DNA from: Candidatus Limnocylindria bacterium
GTDB lineage: Bacteria; Chloroflexota; Limnocylindria; Limnocylindrales; CSP1-4
Reading direction: 5' to 3'
DNA: 60,584 nt
Assembly: GCA_041494645.1 (NCBI GenBank)
Contig: JBGQBD010000002.1
Location: 1 to 60,584 of the forward strand
Each line of letters begins with the position of its first letter. The first letter of the stretch is position 1. Made by a program: the position numbers and the translations under genes. This document shows positions 23,901 through 34,250 of the stretch, piece after piece. A model generated the notes under the pieces. The model did no database searches, was not told the origin of the DNA, and worked only from the letters and a program-made list of their open reading frames with translations.

Positions 23901-24855
23901 GGAGACGATGGCTGTGGCCACGCTCGAGGACCTGCAGGGGACGCTGGAGGTGGTGGTCTTCCCGCGGATGTACGTGACGTCGGGCGGGACGTTCGCCGAG
24001 GGGGCGATCCTTCTCGTGGCCGGCCGCGTCGACCACCGGGGCGAGGAGGCGTCGCTCCTGGCCGACGCCGTGTGGGTCTGGGAAGAGGCGGCCGCCCGCG
24101 GCCCCGCGGCGATATCCCAGGAAGTGGCGGCCGGGGAGCGGAGGGGCGGTGCGGGCCGGCGCCTCGGCAGCGGCTCCGGCAGTGGCGATGGCAACGGCAA
24201 CGGATACCCCCGGCCGTCGGCGCCGGCGGCCATGCCCGCGACTTCGGCCGTGGCTCCGGCCTCCCCCGGGCCGGCCGCGGTTGCCCGGCCCTCGTCCGTG
24301 GCTCCGCCGCCGCCCGCCGTGCGCGTCTCGCCACTGCGCGGTGGGGGAGTGACGCCGATGCCGGCCGCCGGCCCCGCACCCGCAAGCCACGTGCTCGCCG
24401 CCCCCGAGCCCGCCGACCTCGCGCCCCCCGGCCTGGCGCATCTGCCCGACGAGCCGCTCTCCTCTCTGCCGGTGCCGGACGACCTCCTCTCTCTTGCCCC
24501 GGATCGCGAGGAGCCGCCCCTCCCCGACGAGGCGCGAGCCGTTGCGGCCCGCGCCTCCGCCGCGCCTACGGTGCCCCTCGAGGCACCGGCCTCCGGAATC
24601 CTGAACGTGCGCTTCACCCGCGGTGCCGACACCGGCCGCATCGTGACGGCGATGGAGGAGCTGAGAGCGATGCTGAAGGAGCGGCCTGGAGCCACGCGCG
24701 TCGTCTTCCATATCCCCCAGCAGGGCGGAGCCACTCTGCCGCTGGAGGTGCGGGGCGGCGTGGCCTACGACGCGGAGCTGCTGGCAGAGGCCCAGCGGCG
24801 GCTGGGTGAGGGGCTGGTGCGCCTCGATCTCTCGGCCGGATCGGGACCGGCATGA
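20914..24855 (+). CDS. dnaE: DNA polymerase III alpha subunit (DnaE1) with ~190-aa Pro/Ala-rich insertion before the C-terminal domain
   Basis: PHP motif FVHLHLHSEFSLLDG, palm/fingers region (MPDIDVDF, GLLKFDFLGL), OB-fold, then a low-complexity P/A/S tract and a terminal folded segment ILNVRFTRGAD...VVFHIP. Confidence 0.95.
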   Translation: MTVAPNDFVHLHLHSEFSLLDGLGRINELAEQGSKLGFDAMAITDHGALYGAVAFVQATAARGMRPIVGVETYVARRSMRDKEGKADSQPFHLVLLAENWQGYQNLCRLVTDAHLDGYYYRPRIDREHLAKHSKGLIGLSACLGGEIPKSLEVDDWESARRLAGEYRDIFGPDRFFLELQDHGLPAQRRLNEQLLRLGPEVGLQHVVTNDLHYVRREQAEAHDVLLCVGTGNNLDTPGRLRFESNEFYLKSAAEMAALFPDNLDAVRRTRAIAEMVEMKLPFGQLRIPSFPVPEGETIESWLRKECQAGLGRRYGTITPELQARLDYELDVICRMGYAGYFLIVADFTRFAREQRIAITVRGSAPGSIVTYTLGITPVDPIYYQLPFERFLNPDRVTMPDIDVDFEDGRREEVINYVSRKYGADHVAQIITFGTMLARAAIRDVARVVGMTYGEGDRIAKAVPNQLGIKLEEAIETSPVLREMYGGEPPVRRVIEFAKQLEGVARNASTHAAGVVISREPLTELMPLQRATNSDAVMTQYEMHGVEALGLLKFDFLGLSNLTILRQAVDLIREHRAEEIDLERIPLDDRKTFELLASGETTGVFQLESAGMRRYIRELRPSTVFDLAAMVALYRPGPMDNIPAYIRRKHGEEKVTYLHPLLEPYLERTYGVFVYQEDIMSASTALAGFTGPEADTLGYAIRKKKAALMREMREKFVRQAAERGVKPSVIDAVFAAFQPFERYGFNKAHATCYGLIAYQTAYLKANYTVDYMTSVLTAFRDNEEKVAAAVAECRRLEIEVRPPDIHRSFVEFTVEDDAIRFGLLAVKNVGEGAIESIITARQADGEFRSLADFCARVDLRLANKRVLESLIKVGAMSRFGHAAQLLEALDDAIAAGGAAQRDRTSGQTALFDLGSSPEALEKPLPQVPEALSRERLRWEKELLGLYLSEHPLGTISEQLAQYVTAYSGDLKDESLDGQRVVMGGIVTGLRTVVTRARETMAVATLEDLQGTLEVVVFPRMYVTSGGTFAEGAILLVAGRVDHRGEEASLLADAVWVWEEAAARGPAAISQEVAAGERRGGAGRRLGSGSGSGDGNGNGYPRPSAPAAMPATSAVAPASPGPAAVARPSSVAPPPPAVRVSPLRGGGVTPMPAAGPAPASHVLAAPEPADLAPPGLAHLPDEPLSSLPVPDDLLSLAPDREEPPLPDEARAVAARASAAPTVPLEAPASGILNVRFTRGADTGRIVTAMEELRAMLKERPGATRVVFHIPQQGGATLPLEVRGGVAYDAELLAEAQRRLGEGLVRLDLSAGSGPA

Positions 24856-25682
24856 GCGCCGACGTGGGCGAGGTCACCAGTCGGTCTGCCCGCCGCCCGA
24901 GCCCAACCGTGACGCTGCAGCGGCAGGTATGCGGCTGCGGCACGCTCGAGAGCAAGTTCCTGTTCGCGGTGGCATGCGCGGGGCCGCTGCTCTTCCTGAC
25001 CATCGGCTTCGTCGCGGGGATGCACGGAGCCCTCACGACCCTTCTCGTTTTGCTGCCCACGCCGGCGCTGGGGATGGCGCTCGGCCTCCGGGGACGCGGT
25101 CGCTGGCCGGCGCTCGACGTCCTGTGGTGGATGGACGGGCACGGCGCAGCCGACTGGCGACGGCAGGTTGGCGGATCGCTGCCGCGCAACGCCGCGGGAG
25201 CTCGGGCATGGTTGGAGATACACCCGGAGGGTTCGACCCCCGCCTGGGCCAGGGCGACCGTGCTGCTAGCGGCGGGTCGGATTCCGTCGGCGCGTCAGGC
25301 GATCGCGGCGATGCCGGTGGAGACTCCCGACGACCGTCGCAGGCGTCTCGAGCTCGAGCTGGCCGTCAGCGCCCACGAGGGTCTGGCCATCGACGCGACG
25401 GCAGTGGATGCCTCGATCCGCGAAGACCCGGACCAGCCGCCAGAAGAGGCAGCCGTGCATCTGGCCTATCACAGGGCGCTGGCGGAGGTCGACGCCGGAC
25501 GTGACGGCCTGCCTGCGCTCCTGGCCGCTCGGTCTTCACTGGGCCGCCTGCCGTCCGACCTAGCCATGCGGCTATGGGTGGCTCGGTTCCGGTACGCCGC
25601 GGCCTCTTTCCTCGTCGGCGCCTGGCTGCTGGTGATGGTCCTCGTCGGCCTCGCGACCTCGGGCGGAGTCGTCTGGTTCTGA
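24852..25682 (+). CDS. Hypothetical membrane protein (TM helices near the N-terminus and at the C-terminus)
   Basis: ATG 24852 overlaps the dnaE stop (ATGA). Hydrophobic segments are FLFAVACAGPLLFLTIGFVAG, LTTLLVLLPTPALGMALGL and FLVGAWLLVMVLVGLA. I recognise no family. Confidence 0.5.
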   Translation: MSADVGEVTSRSARRPSPTVTLQRQVCGCGTLESKFLFAVACAGPLLFLTIGFVAGMHGALTTLLVLLPTPALGMALGLRGRGRWPALDVLWWMDGHGAADWRRQVGGSLPRNAAGARAWLEIHPEGSTPAWARATVLLAAGRIPSARQAIAAMPVETPDDRRRRLELELAVSAHEGLAIDATAVDASIREDPDQPPEEAAVHLAYHRALAEVDAGRDGLPALLAARSSLGRLPSDLAMRLWVARFRYAAASFLVGAWLLVMVLVGLATSGGVVWF

Positions 25683-25875
25683 CTCTCGAACCTTCCGCCG
25701 GAGCCGGCGCCTCCTGACCACCGTTAAGTGTTCTTACGGGCAGACGTAACGTCTCTACACGCGCCGGGCGTCCTTGGAGAACCGCCTCGGCTGAGATCAG
25801 GCAGAATGGCACGGTCGGCGGGCCGCGACGCGCCGGCCGGACCGCAACGCGGGCGGCAACGGAGAGACCAAGAGC

Positions 25876-27654
25876 ATGAAGTTCCCGTCCCCACTTCGGA
25901 CGCCAATCGGGGCGGCTGTCCTGTCCGCGCTCTTCCCCGGGTTGGGCCAGGCGGCGGCCGGGCAGCCCCGCCGGGGCGCGATCGTGGCCATCCCCGTGTT
26001 CGCCGTCCTGGGCGCCTTCCTGCTGATCCTGCTCCTCGCTCGCAGCTCGCTCTTCGGTCTGGCGGTGAATCAGTCGTGGCTGGCCAGCCTGCTGATTCTC
26101 GACATGGTCGCTCTCATCTACCACCTCTGGGCCGTTGCCGATTCCTACCTTCTGGCCGGCATGGAGCGCTCCAAGGAGCAGCGCCGGAACCGGCAGTCCA
26201 CGAGGAAGTGGGGCACGACCGCCGCCCTCGTGGTCATCGTCACGGCCATCGTCGGCGTACACGCCAGCGTCGCCAAGGTCGACGCGGACTGGCAGCACGC
26301 CCTGTATTGCCTGACGGCCAAGATTCCCTGCTGGGTGACGGACGGCAACTACAGCTTCGACCCGTTTGCGAGCGACATCGCCCAGGCACCGGACACGCCG
26401 GACCTCGTCGTTTCCGGCTCTACCGCCTCCGCGACTCCGATGCCGACGTACGACATGAGCAAGGTCCCGACGTTCTCGACCACGGCGGACTCTCAGAGCT
26501 GGGATGCCGACGGCGAGCTGAACGTACTCATGCTGGGGCTCGGAGTCCAAGGGAACGCCAGCGCACTCGGACCCGACACGATCATGGTCCTGCACGCCAG
26601 CTTGACCACGGGCCAGGCCGAGCTGATCAGCGTCGGACGGAACAACTACTGCACTCCTATGCCCACCCAGGAGATCGCGGCGCACTACCCGAACCCGCCG
26701 TACAACTGCCCTGCGGGCACGTACGGACCGCTGCTCTTCAACATTCCCAACGAGATACTGGCGCATTGCGACAGGTGGCCGATCCCTGAGTTCGCCTCGA
26801 CATGCGGACAGCCGAACGACCCGAACCGCTACCTGCGGGCGTACAAGGGCTTCGAGATGACGATCGGCAACCTCCTCGGTATCCACATCGACGGGTCCAT
26901 GTGGATCAACCCGGTGGGATTGACCACCCTGATCGACGCGCTGGGCGGCGTGACCATCAACGTCCAGACGAAGATCTACGACAAGCCCTGCGGTCCTGCC
27001 GGGAGCCAGCAACAGAAGCTTGGCTCGCAGATGGCCGTGCCGGGGAACGCCACGTGCAGCGACACATCTCACTGGGGGTACTTCGTGCCGACCGGCCCAT
27101 CCGGGATCAAGAACATGCAAGACGAGGCCGCCAACTCCGGGGGTGGCCTGACTGTCATTCAGGTCCCCGGCCTTGCCTATGACGTTGGATTCGTCATCGC
27201 TCCCGGGACCTACCACATGAACGGCGACTGGGCCCTCGCATATGCCAGAACTCGCATCTACGATCCCCAGGGGGACTACGGCCGGGCCCTTCGACAGCAG
27301 ACCTTGCTCGCCTCCCTACGCAAGACCCTGGATCCGTGCCGGTTCGCGTCCTTGGACAACGTGCTGCCACTCCTGAGTGTCGTTCAGGCGGTTCCGTACG
27401 GGTTCAACACGGACATGGACATAACGAATCCGCAGAACCTCAAGGTCTGGGCCGGCCTCGCCAAGAGGGTGCTCGGCGAGAACGTGCAGGAGCTGGTCCT
27501 GACGCCTCAGAAAGTCGGGATGCCCGCTGGCGTCAGCTACGTCGCCTGGGACCCCAGCACTACGATCCCCAAGGCGCAGGCGCTGGTGAAGCAGTACTTC
27601 CAAGAGGCGCCCACGGCCAGCCCGGGCGCCAGCGGCGGCGGGTCCAGCTGCTGA
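25876..27654 (+). CDS. LytR-CpsA-Psr (LCP) family cell-envelope phosphotransferase with N-terminal TM region
   Basis: LNVLMLGLG...DTIMVLHA...LISVGRN and GLTTLIDALGGVTINV are the LCP core pattern. Three N-terminal hydrophobic helices. Confidence 0.75.
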   Translation: MKFPSPLRTPIGAAVLSALFPGLGQAAAGQPRRGAIVAIPVFAVLGAFLLILLLARSSLFGLAVNQSWLASLLILDMVALIYHLWAVADSYLLAGMERSKEQRRNRQSTRKWGTTAALVVIVTAIVGVHASVAKVDADWQHALYCLTAKIPCWVTDGNYSFDPFASDIAQAPDTPDLVVSGSTASATPMPTYDMSKVPTFSTTADSQSWDADGELNVLMLGLGVQGNASALGPDTIMVLHASLTTGQAELISVGRNNYCTPMPTQEIAAHYPNPPYNCPAGTYGPLLFNIPNEILAHCDRWPIPEFASTCGQPNDPNRYLRAYKGFEMTIGNLLGIHIDGSMWINPVGLTTLIDALGGVTINVQTKIYDKPCGPAGSQQQKLGSQMAVPGNATCSDTSHWGYFVPTGPSGIKNMQDEAANSGGGLTVIQVPGLAYDVGFVIAPGTYHMNGDWALAYARTRIYDPQGDYGRALRQQTLLASLRKTLDPCRFASLDNVLPLLSVVQAVPYGFNTDMDITNPQNLKVWAGLAKRVLGENVQELVLTPQKVGMPAGVSYVAWDPSTTIPKAQALVKQYFQEAPTASPGASGGGSSC

Positions 27655-27710
27655 TCGCGTCGCTCGGCCCGCCCGGTAGATCGTCGGGGTGCCGGCGCGG
27701 CGTCAGGGAT

Positions 27711-27797
27711 TGGTGCCGACGGCGGGAGTTGAACCCGCATGACCTCACGGCCACTCGATTTTGAGTCGAGCGCGTATGCCAGTTCCGCCACGTCGGC
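27711..27797 (-). tRNA. tRNA-Leu (anticodon CAA), 87 nt, CCA encoded
   Basis: The minus strand reads GCCGACG-TG-GCGGAACTGGCATACGCGC-TCGACTCAAAATCGA-long variable arm (GTGGCCGTGAGGTCATGC)-GGGTTCAACTCCCGC-CGTCGGC-A-CCA. It has a 7-bp acceptor stem, a T-loop GTTCAACTCC and a class II variable arm. Confidence 0.9.
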
Positions 27798-27972
27798 ACG
27801 GTCCGGCGGCATGGTACAGCCTGGCGGTCCCGGATGATCGGGCGCCGCGCCAGCCTGGCGGGAATAGAGGTCCGGCGGTCGCGAACCCCGTGCTATCCTC
27901 GCGCCGCCACCGCCCATCCGAGCGGCCACAGGGCGAGGCGTTCTGGAGGAGAGAGGGGCTGACGGGCGAGTC

Positions 27973-28587
27973 GTGACGGGTCAGAGGGCAGCACGCGATC
28001 GCGGCGCGGAGGCGCCGGGCCAGGCCGTCGACGTGGCCCTGGTGGAGGAGGCGCTGCGTGGCCGGCTCGAAGCCTTCAACCAGCTCGTGGCCCGCCATCA
28101 GGACCACCTCTTCGGCCTCGTCTTCCGCCTGGTACCGGACCGCGACCAGGCCGCGGACGCGGTCCAGGAGGCGTTCTTCAGCGCCTACCGGAACCTGGAG
28201 TCGTTTCGGGGCGGCAGCGTCCGGAGCTGGCTGGGCAGGATCGCCGTCAACGCCGCCATGGACATGCAGCGGGTGCGGCATCGCCGGCCGGTGCAGCCCT
28301 ACCCTGAGTTCGAGGACGACAGCTGGCAGCCACCTGCCGGAGAGGAGACCGAGCCAGAAAGCCAGAGCCTGGCCCTCGAGCGCTCGAGGGCCCTCGCCCG
28401 GGCGCTCGGCGCTCTGCCGTTCGAGCAGCGCAACTGCATCGTCCTCTTCGACGTGGATGGGTACGACTATGCGGAGATCGCCGGGATCATGCGCGTCTCG
28501 GTCGGGACTGTGAAATCGCGCATCCACCGCGGCCGTCTCGCACTCCGGAGCGCTTTGGCCCCGAATCGGGAACTGTTCCGTGGCTGA
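27973..28587 (+). CDS. ECF-type RNA polymerase sigma factor (sigma-70 family, group 4)
   Basis: Region 2 (LVARHQDHLFGLVFRLV...DAVQEAFFSAYRNL) and region 4 HTH (YAEIAGIMRVSVGTVKSRIHRGR). The start codon is uncertain (GTG 27973 has no well-spaced SD). Confidence 0.85.
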   Translation: MTGQRAARDRGAEAPGQAVDVALVEEALRGRLEAFNQLVARHQDHLFGLVFRLVPDRDQAADAVQEAFFSAYRNLESFRGGSVRSWLGRIAVNAAMDMQRVRHRRPVQPYPEFEDDSWQPPAGEETEPESQSLALERSRALARALGALPFEQRNCIVLFDVDGYDYAEIAGIMRVSVGTVKSRIHRGRLALRSALAPNRELFRG

Positions 28588-28605
28588 GATCGTCTGAGGA
28601 CCGTG

Positions 28606-29382
28606 ATGCCGAGAAGCGCCGCCGACCACGCCGCACACGACGAGCTGCTGATTGCCCGCCTGTACGGGGGCGACGTCGACGATCGTGAGCGGGCTCGTGC
28701 CCTGGAGCTGGTGGCGGTTTGCGAAGGATGCGCCGCCCTCTACGCCGACGTCGGAGCGATCGCCGATGCCACGGCGGCGCTGCCGGTGCCACCCCGGCCG
28801 CGGGACTTCGCCCTGACCGAAGGCGACGCCGCCCGACTGAGCCCGCGCCACCGTTTCCGGGGGCGGCTTCTCGGGCTTGGGCGGAGGCGATCGTTCGGCG
28901 GGGCCATGGTCTCGCTCGGCTTCTCGGGCCTGGTCTTGACCTTCGCGCTGTCCATCTTTGGGGCCGTCGGAAAGCCGGCGTCGCTGGACGCCGGCGCGAT
29001 CCAGGAGCAGCGCGCCGCTGCGGCGGCCACGGCTGCCCCGGTCCCGGCGCCGGCCGACAACAACTTCGGCGCGAACGCCACGGCCGCGACGGCCGCCACG
29101 GCGATACCGGCAAAGGCGCCCGAGACCGCCAGCCCAGCACCGTCGCCTGCGTTCTACGATGGCGCGACGCCCGGGGCGCCGGCCGTTGCCGGGGGCGGCA
29201 CCTCCAACGCCTGGGCTCCGAGCGCCCCTCCCGCCGTGCCGGCTGCCGCAACCATTTCCCAGTCCGGGTGGGACGGGCGCGAGATCGTCCTCGGTGGATC
29301 GACGGCTGCCCTCGCCCTGGGGATGCTCTTCCTGCTCGCGCCGGCCATCCGGAGGCGGTTGCGAGGCGGAGCGCGCCGCTAG
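28606..29382 (+). CDS. Putative membrane anti-sigma factor
   Basis: Lies immediately downstream of the ECF sigma gene (18-nt gap, GAGGA upstream). The N-terminal cytoplasmic segment has CxxC (VCEGC), followed by a central TM (MVSLGFSGLVLTFALSIFGAV), an Ala/Pro-rich external region and a second C-terminal hydrophobic segment. Assignment is by position and architecture only. Confidence 0.5.
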   Translation: MPRSAADHAAHDELLIARLYGGDVDDRERARALELVAVCEGCAALYADVGAIADATAALPVPPRPRDFALTEGDAARLSPRHRFRGRLLGLGRRRSFGGAMVSLGFSGLVLTFALSIFGAVGKPASLDAGAIQEQRAAAAATAAPVPAPADNNFGANATAATAATAIPAKAPETASPAPSPAFYDGATPGAPAVAGGGTSNAWAPSAPPAVPAAATISQSGWDGREIVLGGSTAALALGMLFLLAPAIRRRLRGGARR

Positions 29383-29491
29383 TCGGGAGCGGGTCGCGGG
29401 TACACTTGAACTGATCGGTAGACGATCGGCATCCGTCCGGCCGCCGGCCGATGAGCGCGCCGCTGGCGGCGCCAGTCAGTTCGAGGCCCGC

Positions 29492-32449
<2,958 letters not shown>

Positions 32450-32550
32450 TCGATCGGGCCGCCCGAACCGGATCGCGGAAGCCCACACGGGAAAGGCGGG
32501 CGGCGGGGGAGCCCCGATGCCGCGAGGTCGCGGATCTACCTGACGGCGGC

Positions 32551-32910
32551 TCAGCCGCCGGCGACGTCCACCTGCCAGCGGTCGTACTCACCGCCGAGCG
32601 GTCGAGCCACGGCCTCCAGCTCGCGCCGCAGGGCGCCGATCGCATCCGGCGAGACGATCATCGACTGCACGACCACGACGAGCCAGTAGCCCCTGCGAGC
32701 CGACGTGTCGATCTCTATGCGGCGATTCTCGGCCTTGAGGGACTTCGCCACCTGCTGGGCAGCTCTCACGCCCGGCACGAAGATGAAGTGGCGCGTTTGA
32801 TGTGGCACGGTTGGGTCCGCCCCGGCCCGACGCATCTGCTCGATGGCGAGCCGCTCCGGATCGACCTCGTGCTGATTCCTCCGGCCCGGCGTCCGTCTCA
32901 AGAAGCCCAC
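32551..32910 (-). CDS. RraB (DUF1260, regulator of ribonuclease activity B)-like protein
   Basis: Pattern GADPTVPHQTRHFIF...A...VAKSL...YWLVVV...LGGEYDRWQV resembles the RraB family. GTG 32910 has GGAGGA 4 nt upstream. Confidence 0.5.
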   Translation of the reverse strand: MGFLRRTPGRRNQHEVDPERLAIEQMRRAGADPTVPHQTRHFIFVPGVRAAQQVAKSLKAENRRIEIDTSARRGYWLVVVVQSMIVSPDAIGALRRELEAVARPLGGEYDRWQVDVAGG

Positions 32911-33145
32911 CGGATCCTCCGTGGCCGCGGGGTGGACCGCGTTTCAGGTCCGAATACTAGCCGACCCTGTCTCCGGCGCCCTGCCGACCTGCCGGCTCGG
33001 TCGGCCCAAGTGTTTGGCCTGGGTGGTCTGGCCACGGCGGCGATGCTGGCGAGGGCGCTGCTGCCACGGCGATTCACGGTCTCGATTGAGCCGCTCGGGC
33101 GCGAGCGCGGCCGGTGGCAAGCTCGCGCGCGGAGCGCCACCCGGC

Positions 33146-33151
33146 TACGCT
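33146..33151 (+). promoter_or_regulatory. -10 hexamer TACGCT positioned for a leaderless mutM mRNA
   Basis: TACGCT is followed by 7 nt and then ATG 33159. No SD. Confidence 0.35.
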
Positions 33152-33158
33152 CTACGCC

Positions 33159-34250
33159 ATGCCCGAGCTGCCCGAAGTCGAGACGATAGCCCGCGACCTG
33201 CGCGGCCTGGTGACGGGCGCGCGAGTCGTCGGGGTCGGCTGCAACTGGCCTCCGACGCTGCGCAGCCACGAACCGGAGGCCTTCGCCGCGGCAGTGGCCG
33301 GGCGCGAGATCCGAGGTGTGGACCGGCGCGGAAAGCAGTTGCTGGTGTTGCTGGGGCCGGGGGTCGAGCCCGGAGCCGCCGACCCGGCCGTCCTGACGAT
33401 CCACCTCAAGATGACCGGCCAACTGTTCGTCGTGGAGGCGGGCGCCGCTCGGGACCGCCACGTTCATCTGGTACTGAGACTGGCCGACGGGCGCGAGCTC
33501 CGCTTCCGCGACATGCGCAAATTCGGGCGGATCGGGCTGTACAGGCGCGACGAGGCCACCGGCGAGCCGGTCGAGGGTGAGGCCGCAGGCGTCCTGGCCG
33601 CAGGCGCGGAGCCGCTCTCCGAGGACTTCACCGCGCGGCGTTTCGGCGAGCTGCTAGCCCGCCACCGCGGGCGGCTGAAGACGCTGCTGCTCAACCAGGA
33701 CTTCCTGGCTGGCGTCGGCAACATCTACGCCGACGAGTCTCTCTGGCGGGCCCGGCTCCACCCGCTGCGCGACGCCCGGTCGCTGAGGCGCGACGACGTC
33801 CGCCGGCTCCACGGGGCTCTGCGCGACGTCCTGGCGGAGGCGATCGAACGACGCGGCAGCTCGATCGACGACTACACCGCCCCCGAGGGCGACGGCTCGA
33901 TGCAGGAGCATCTCCAGGTGTACCAGCGAGCCGGCGAGCCGTGCCTGCGCTGCGGCCGGCCGATCCGGCGGATCGTCGTGGGCGGGCGCTCGACCCATTT
34001 CTGCAGCTGGTGTCAGCGGCTGCCGGCCGAGCAGAGGGAAGGGGCGGCGAGGCTGTTGCGGGGCGCGGATTGGGCCACGAAACGCAGGGGCCCGCGCTGG
34101 ACGGAGCTCGGCGGCGTAGGCGTCCTCGGTCGGACCAGGTCGGAAGAGGAACGCGCTCGGCGCGTGGCGGCCACGCGCAAGGCGGCCGCGACCCGCCGGG
34201 CGGCGGCCCGCGCCGGCGGGGTCGGCGCAACCGCGGGAGGGCCCGCCTGA
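33159..34250 (+). CDS. mutM: Formamidopyrimidine-DNA glycosylase (Fpg/MutM) with ~80-aa basic C-terminal extension
   Basis: Catalytic N-terminus MPELPEVE, H2TH region LLNQDFLAGVGNIYADESL and zinc finger CLRCG...HFCSWCQ. An Arg/Ala-rich tail follows. Confidence 0.9.
   Translation: MPELPEVETIARDLRGLVTGARVVGVGCNWPPTLRSHEPEAFAAAVAGREIRGVDRRGKQLLVLLGPGVEPGAADPAVLTIHLKMTGQLFVVEAGAARDRHVHLVLRLADGRELRFRDMRKFGRIGLYRRDEATGEPVEGEAAGVLAAGAEPLSEDFTARRFGELLARHRGRLKTLLLNQDFLAGVGNIYADESLWRARLHPLRDARSLRRDDVRRLHGALRDVLAEAIERRGSSIDDYTAPEGDGSMQEHLQVYQRAGEPCLRCGRPIRRIVVGGRSTHFCSWCQRLPAEQREGAARLLRGADWATKRRGPRWTELGGVGVLGRTRSEEERARRVAATRKAAATRRAAARAGGVGATAGGPA

Noticed and set aside
21361-24734. Antisense and off-frame ORFs inside dnaE (for example 22462-24711 minus, 749 aa; 21591-23360 plus, 589 aa).
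   Set aside because: Same GC artefact. dnaE motifs define the true frame, and the alternatives have Arg/Pro-dominated composition.
25721-25754. Hairpin CCGT(T)AAG-TGTT-CTTACGG and dyad AGACGT-A-ACGTCT upstream of the LCP gene, considered as a terminator or riboswitch fragment.
   Set aside because: The stems are short with no U-tract or recognisable riboswitch core. It is mentioned only as a minor possible protein-binding dyad.
27711-27797. tRNA-Leu as a possible integration site for a genomic island (the flanking ECF sigma or LCP genes).
   Set aside because: No integrase or recombinase gene is present, and I could find no direct repeat of the tRNA 3' end nearby. The flanking genes have the same GC-rich codon usage as the core genes.
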